DNA of 64,000 nucleotides from Tricharina praecox (lineage: Eukaryota): the NCBI RefSeq assembly GCF_024521635.1, contig NW_026250417.1, forward strand, positions 372,001 through 436,000, given 5' to 3'. The translations under genes were made by a program, and so were the position numbers. The notes under the pieces were generated by a model that worked only from the letters and a program-made list of their open reading frames with translations, had not been told where the DNA came from and did not search any database. Positions 58,585 to 64,000 of the stretch are shown piece after piece (the first letter of the stretch is position 1; every line of letters starts with the position of its first letter).

Positions 58585-60481
58585 ATGGCAGTTGTTCTCG
58601 GTAAACGCTCGAGATCGTTTGAGCTTGCTGGTGCGTTCGTTTTCAACTCCCGTGTCGCGCCATCGCGTTCTGATAGAAAACGAAAAATCCAGTCCAACCA
58701 CCTCCACGCTCTACACGATCAACTCGCTCAAAGCGTCGGATCTCGATTATAGACGAGGAAGACGAGGAAGACGAGGAAGTCACCGGAGATAAAATCTTCG
58801 TCCGTGCAGATCCCCTACCAGTGCCGTCTGTCGTGATCGAGCCTCGCACACCTAAGCGCACCCGACGGACTGCTCCGCCTCCGAAGTCGTCAACCCGAAC
58901 CCCTCTCTCTCCAACAAAAGCCAACGTCGTATTCAAATCGGCAATAGGTATGCGTCCCCGCTTCGAGTTGAGGAAACTGCAAATTTTAACGCGTGGCCAG
59001 CCGCAGATGCCACAAAATCGTCACCTCCAAAGACACCGCGACACCGCGATGCGATCGCTAAAAAGCCCACTACTCCTCGCCACCGTGTCTGTGTCGTTAG
59101 CAGGCCTATGACCCCCCGTTCAAAGTTGCTTGCAACACCTACACATGCATCTACTCCCAGCACTGTAATAACGACGGCGAAGTCGCTGTTCTCCCGCAGC
59201 ACCTCAGGCGGCAAACTGATCGGACGCGACACGGAGAGATCCACGCTGCAGTCGTTCTTCGAGCCTCGAATCGCTCTAAAGAGTGGTGGATGCATTTACA
59301 TCAGTGGTCCTCCCGGCTGCGGAAAGTCGGCGCTTCTTACCGAGATCATGGGCGAGCTTGCCGGCGACGAGAAGGTGTCCATCAAGAAAGCGTGGATAAA
59401 TTGCATGTCGCTACATACACCCGGCTCAATTTATGCTTCACTCCTGGATTCGTTTTCGGCAGCGTCGGCGACAGCAGAGTTCTCGGACTTGGAGTCCCTC
59501 TTCATCACTACAAAGAAGTCACAGGTCTACGTTCTTGTGCTCGATGAGATCGACCACCTTCTATCTCATGACCTGCTCCCAACGTTATTCGAGCTCTCTC
59601 TTCGCAAGAATTCTCGCCTGATACTGGTAGGCATCGCGAACGCATTGGACTTGGCCGACCGATTTCTCCCCCGCCTCAAAGCAAAGAACCTAGAGCCAGA
59701 ACTCCTACCGTTTTTGCCTTACACAGCTCCACAAATCTCGCAGGTCCTTACGGCTCGCCTCCGGTCACTTCTTTCCCCAGCCGAAAAAGATCAGGACCCG
59801 AACCTCGTGCCCTTCGTTCACCCAGCCGCTATTCAACTGCTATCCAAGAAGGTTGCCGGTGCATCCGGTGACTTGCGGAAGGCATTTGATATCCTTCGAA
59901 GAGCATTAGAGTTGGTGGAAATGGAGAGTCTACAGGCGCTTCGCTCAAAGCTGCAGGACTCCGAGAAGCCGCTGGCAATGCTCACCACACCCCGCCCAGC
60001 ACTCGGCGAAGCCAGCCTTAATTCCGCCACACCCCGTGCCGCCACGATTGTAACGAACTGGACGGTAGTGACAGCACCGCGCGCAATGCTTGCACATGTG
60101 GCGAAAGCGTCATCGGCTACCCTCGGCTCCTCGATTTCTGCCCGTGTGGCGAAACTCAATGCTCACCAGAAAGCGGTGCTCTGCGTTTTGGTAGCCAGAA
60201 GCGGAACTACGCCTTGGTCGCTGGTGAAGCTGAAGGATGCGTACACGAAGGTGTGCAAAGACGGCTTGGGTCTCATGCCGCTTGTCGGTGCGGAGTTTCG
60301 CGGGGTGGTGGATGCTATGGAGGCTGTCGGTGTGCTGGATATATTGCCGGCGGGAGGAAAGGGGAAGGCGGAGAAGGAGGAGCGCGCGGTGGCTAGAGTT
60401 GGCAGGATGGAGCTGTTGACAGCGGTCAGTTCCGAGGGGACAAAGGGACGGGAGGGGCTGGTGAAGGTGCTCGGAAGTTAG
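58585..60481 (+). CDS. CDC6: Cell division control protein Cdc6/Cdc18, AAA+ replication-licensing ATPase (3 exons: 58585-58630, 58693-58947, 59001 or 59007-60481)
   Basis: MAVVLGKRSR start, an N-terminus rich in TP/SP CDK sites (KTPRHRDA, TPRHRV), LIGRDTER, Walker A YISGPPGCGKS, Walker B VLVLDEID, ILVGIANALDLADRFLPRL and SGDLRKAFDI. Confidence 0.96.
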
Positions 60482-60851
60482 ATGCAGGGCGATATGAGTA
60501 TCACGAGGATGGAGATCTGGAACGAGGAAAAGCGTATGGTATGGTTGCGTGTTTTGTTTTAGACTGGGGTTTGTTTATTGTTTCCTTTTTGTACTATGAA
60601 GGGCGTGCGAGCATCGCGGATTCTGGTTTCCTTCTTTCCTTCTTTTTCTTCTTCACATTCATTTTATACCTCTTGAAGATCGAGTAGCGGTGTGTTTAAC
60701 GAGCGGACTACGGAGAAACAATTCCATTGAAAACCATCAGTTCGGTGTCGGGACTCGGGACTCGGGACTCAAGAGCTACCGCAGACGCTAGCGCCATATC
60801 GTGCAGGGCGCAGGGATGCCCGCCATCACGTTGGACCTCACCTTCAATTCT

Positions 60852-60910
60852 ACCTCCCACTTCCATCACCTCCCACTTCCATCACCTCCCACTTCCATCA
60901 CCTCCCATTC
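60852..60910. repeat. 16-bp tandem repeat (ACCTCCCACTTCCATC) x3.5 in a probable 5' UTR
   Basis: Directly visible just upstream of ATG 60983. Confidence 0.85.
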
Positions 60911-60982
60911 CCGAATGCTTGCGCGCTGATCCTACATCATCCAATTTGCAACGTTCTGGGCCGATTGAAATCTACCTTCACG

Positions 60983-62652
60983 ATGCGAAGCGGCAACTAC
61001 ATCCAAGCTTTGGGCCGGCAGTCCTTCCAGCCCTCGCAGCCCGCGTCCACATCCTCTCCCAATGACGAGATGCTTCCATCCGAGCAAGCGAACGAACGGC
61101 AGCGCGAGCTGATCAAGGCCCAAAATGATGTTCTCGCGACCGTGGGTGTATGTCTCCGCGACAACAAGCAGCACTATGACAAGACCGAGAACCGGAAGGC
61201 TGAGGACGAGGCGGGGTTGTGCGTCGAGGCACTGGACCTCACGGTCACCTACTTGGCAATCTGGCCGTTGGTTGGGATCAGGAATAGACTGCAGGTCAGT
61301 GCTGTCCGGATAGAGAGCGCGCAGTTTGGGGGTGCGAACTGATAGGTGACAGACTTACAGAGTGTACGAAGGCATGCGGTACCGCGACGTGTTACAGTTG
61401 GCGTGGACAAGGAGTACGTGGGAAGAGATGTTCTCGGGAATGCCCGCACATCTCTTGTTCCAAATGTCGAACCTCACCCGGGACTACCTTCGTACAATGC
61501 TCAAGGTCTGGCTCGAGAAGAGGTCGTTCTTTCGCCATCCGATTACGCGCCGACCACGGCGCCGTGGTTGGTTGTATGCAATTGAGAAGTGGTACGTCCG
61601 TTCTAGTGGTGGTTCGTTGTCTTTCGTTCGCTGACTTCGCCCACAGCGTAGGTTTCGCTACTTGGTTCCTCGTCTACCCGGTCTGGTATCACTCGAATCT
61701 CCAGGTCCTTCATCTCGTGGGCTCTAGACCATTCTTCCCAACCCTCGCCTCGTTTGTGGCCTTCTCCGCAGCCTCGCCAGTTTCTCCCCCCATCATTGCC
61801 GGCCCGCTTTTTTCCCTTGCAACCGGCAAATCCCTTCTCTACCAGGCGGCAACTTCCTACTTCCTCCAGTCCTTCGTAACCCAGACGATTTCGTTGAAGC
61901 TACAAAACTACTTCTACCACCGTCTTATGTCGATAATTCCGGATCCAACCCATGGCAAAAAGCCCACTGCGTTCCAGGGCATCAACAATGACCGGATGTC
62001 TATCGACATCGAGATGAGCTTTGAGGCAGTAGGGCCATCGGCACTCACGATTGAGGACATGGCGAACTCCTCACACGCGGGGGGCTACACAGCCACCATC
62101 CCCTTCGACCCAGTAACCGGCGACATCATCACGCCGTCACCCGAGGTAACGACTGATCCCTTGGAGCTCGACGAAACCGACAGCGAAGCGTCGCGGCCGC
62201 CGTCGCCGCATCCGGGCCCACCCCGCCGCGCGTCATCCCTCGCACAGCACCAACAGCAAGAAGCAGAAGAAGAAGAAGCGGAGAACGAGCGTCGCCGTCA
62301 AGAATGGCACAATTACCATGCCAACACAAACCGCATCCAGCACCGCATCACCACGCTCTCCGGCCACCCGGCCGATATCGCCGCCTCCCACGCTACCGAG
62401 TGCATCACCACGGCGATAATGCTCGTAACTGAGTCGGTGATGCTAAGGACTCTGGCTAGGGGTGTACTGGCGGCCCGCGGCCTGCACGGTTTCGTCTACC
62501 CACCGCTGCAGCTCTTTGGCGCAGGCCAGGGATTGATCGCGAAAGCCCTCGTGGCGGGTGAGTGGGCGGCCATGTGGTTTCTCTTTGAGGTTAGTTGGAT
62601 CACTTCGACGGCCGTAGGCGTGAGGTGGTTTGGGTATGCTAGGGCTTGGTAG
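60983..62652 (+). CDS. Hypothetical membrane protein (3 exons: 60983-61294, 61353-61591, 61647-62652)
   Basis: Three ORF-track segments join by phase-consistent GT-AG introns (...GIRNRLQ|TYRVYEG...YAIEKC|VGFATWFLVYP...), with hydrophobic segments and an HRITTLSGHPAD motif. Confidence 0.8.
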
Positions 62653-63729
62653 GGTTGGTAGTAATGGTAATTGACATTTGATACTGGAGTTTGGAGTTTC
62701 TGGAGGGGGGTGATTAAGAATACCTACCTCACTTTTTGTTTTTTTGTTTTGGCAATCCTACTTGTGTACCAGTTGTTACTGTTTTGTGAACATGTCGTGG
62801 GAGAGGATGCAGTGTACTTACAATACACTGTAAAGTCGACGCGAATACTATTGGATTATTGACGACCGAGAAGTAGCGGGAAGCGTCAAGCTACTCTACT
62901 ACCTACCGGTTCAAGAAGTTGAAGGGCAAACTGATAAGAGAAGGTTGCATGAGTAAGGGAATAATTGGAGACGGAGGGGGAAACGGAGGAGTCTCCAGGA
63001 GAGTAGAACACGGGGATCACGATGCCGCTCTGGACCTCTGGTCGCGCGAATGTCCCAGTTTTGGGGGATAGGAATTGCGGTGTCCTGTATGCTTATCCTG
63101 ACTCCTGTGCGCAGTGTGTACCTACTGGCGGCCCATCCCATGCCAATTGTGCCGGGAGGGTCCTCTGTCTATTGTGTGTGGTGGTTTGGATTGGTATACC
63201 TTAAATTCTATTCATTACTTAGTTACCGCAACCCGTACACATCCCGTACATGGGACTTAACCTCTGGTTATCTACTTCTGAGTACTCCGTGGACCCGTTC
63301 AATTGCATGTCCCACCGCGTTTGTTCTGTGCTCGATTTTGTGGAGATCTGGTTTATGGTTGGATTGGCTTTGGATTTAGATTCAGTGTTCAAGATATTCA
63401 CTAGTCTCCTGAAATCAACGTCTGCTTCCCTCAATTCTCCCTCTAAACGCCAGCAGCCAGCCGTACGTTATCCGTACGGATGAACGACGGAGTGATATGT
63501 AATGAATTCCACATGGTATTCTAAGCTCTTTACTCTAACCCTTCCCATCCAGCCCATTCAATAATGAACCGTACTTGCTCATTGATTCTCCCGTCCGCAC
63601 GACAACCCCCCTCTCGACGTTAACGACCATTCACGTTCACACCTTTAAAACAAAACCCCAAAAAGCCATAAATTCCCAACACGCCCCAGCACCGAACCGA
63701 ATCAAAACAAAACGCCATTACCAGACCCA

Positions 63730-64000
63730 TTACCTCGCAACCTTATCGTACGTACCCTTTTCCAGGTCCTCTATACCTTTCTCCCTCGTCAACACTGTCG
63801 GCTGCACAACCTTCGTACGGGGCATCGGCCGATCGAACCCGAACCTGACCCTCGAAATGCGAGTCATATAGTCGATGCTCGGCGTTTCCATGCGCAGCAC
63901 CGACTCGCGAAAGAGCGTCTGCGTCTTCCAGTCGTACGAGCACAGCACCGCGCGGAGCATTCCCCCCTCGCTGCCGGCGACCAGGGCCATCACTGGTGGG
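63730..64000 (-). CDS. 3' end of a conserved fungal protein (partial, starts beyond the window)
   Basis: PPVMALVAGSEGGMLRAVLCSYDWKTQTLFRESVLRMETP...RISRVRFGF. The EGGMxRAxLCSYDW...RExVLRMET motif is a recurrent C-terminus of an uncharacterised Pezizomycotina family. Confidence 0.8.
   Translation of the reverse strand, partial: PPVMALVAGSEGGMLRAVLCSYDWKTQTLFRESVLRMETPSIDYMTRISRVRFGFDRPMPRTKVVQPTVLTREKGIEDLEKGTYDKVAR

Overview
Eukaryotic (filamentous ascomycete) genomic DNA: short GT-AG introns with CTRAC/CTAAC-type branch points, fungal-type gene families and microsatellite-rich intergenic tracts. Assignment to Pezizomycetes is only a guess. I built spliced models by hand because the ORF track misses most real genes. 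In order they are: a protein kinase running off the left edge, a NAT9-like GNAT, RPL38, a small membrane protein, a C2H2 transcription factor, a secreted GH131, an intronless SET-domain protein, a membrane/coiled-coil protein, a Pro/Ser/Arg-rich hypothetical protein, tRNA-Val(AAC), a repeat-rich protein with a fungal ubiquitin-like domain, a protoglobin, a hypothetical protein, CDC6, another membrane protein and the 3' end of a conserved fungal gene. Mobile and repetitive DNA includes a 938-bp TIR element with TA target duplication, a 5'-truncated LINE with an 11-bp TSD, a candidate MITE and a dispersed repeat in two copies. I found no multi-gene novel system that I can support. The best leads are (1) a near-identical inverted 255-bp copy of a coding exon fused in frame to unrelated sequence inside a degenerate repeat array, (2) the Pack-like TIR element whose TIRs differ only at CpG sites, (3) the atypical SET protein, (4) the DPR/MDPR/HDPR repeat protein and (5) an MCB cluster upstream of CDC6. 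All family assignments come from motif recognition, not database searches.
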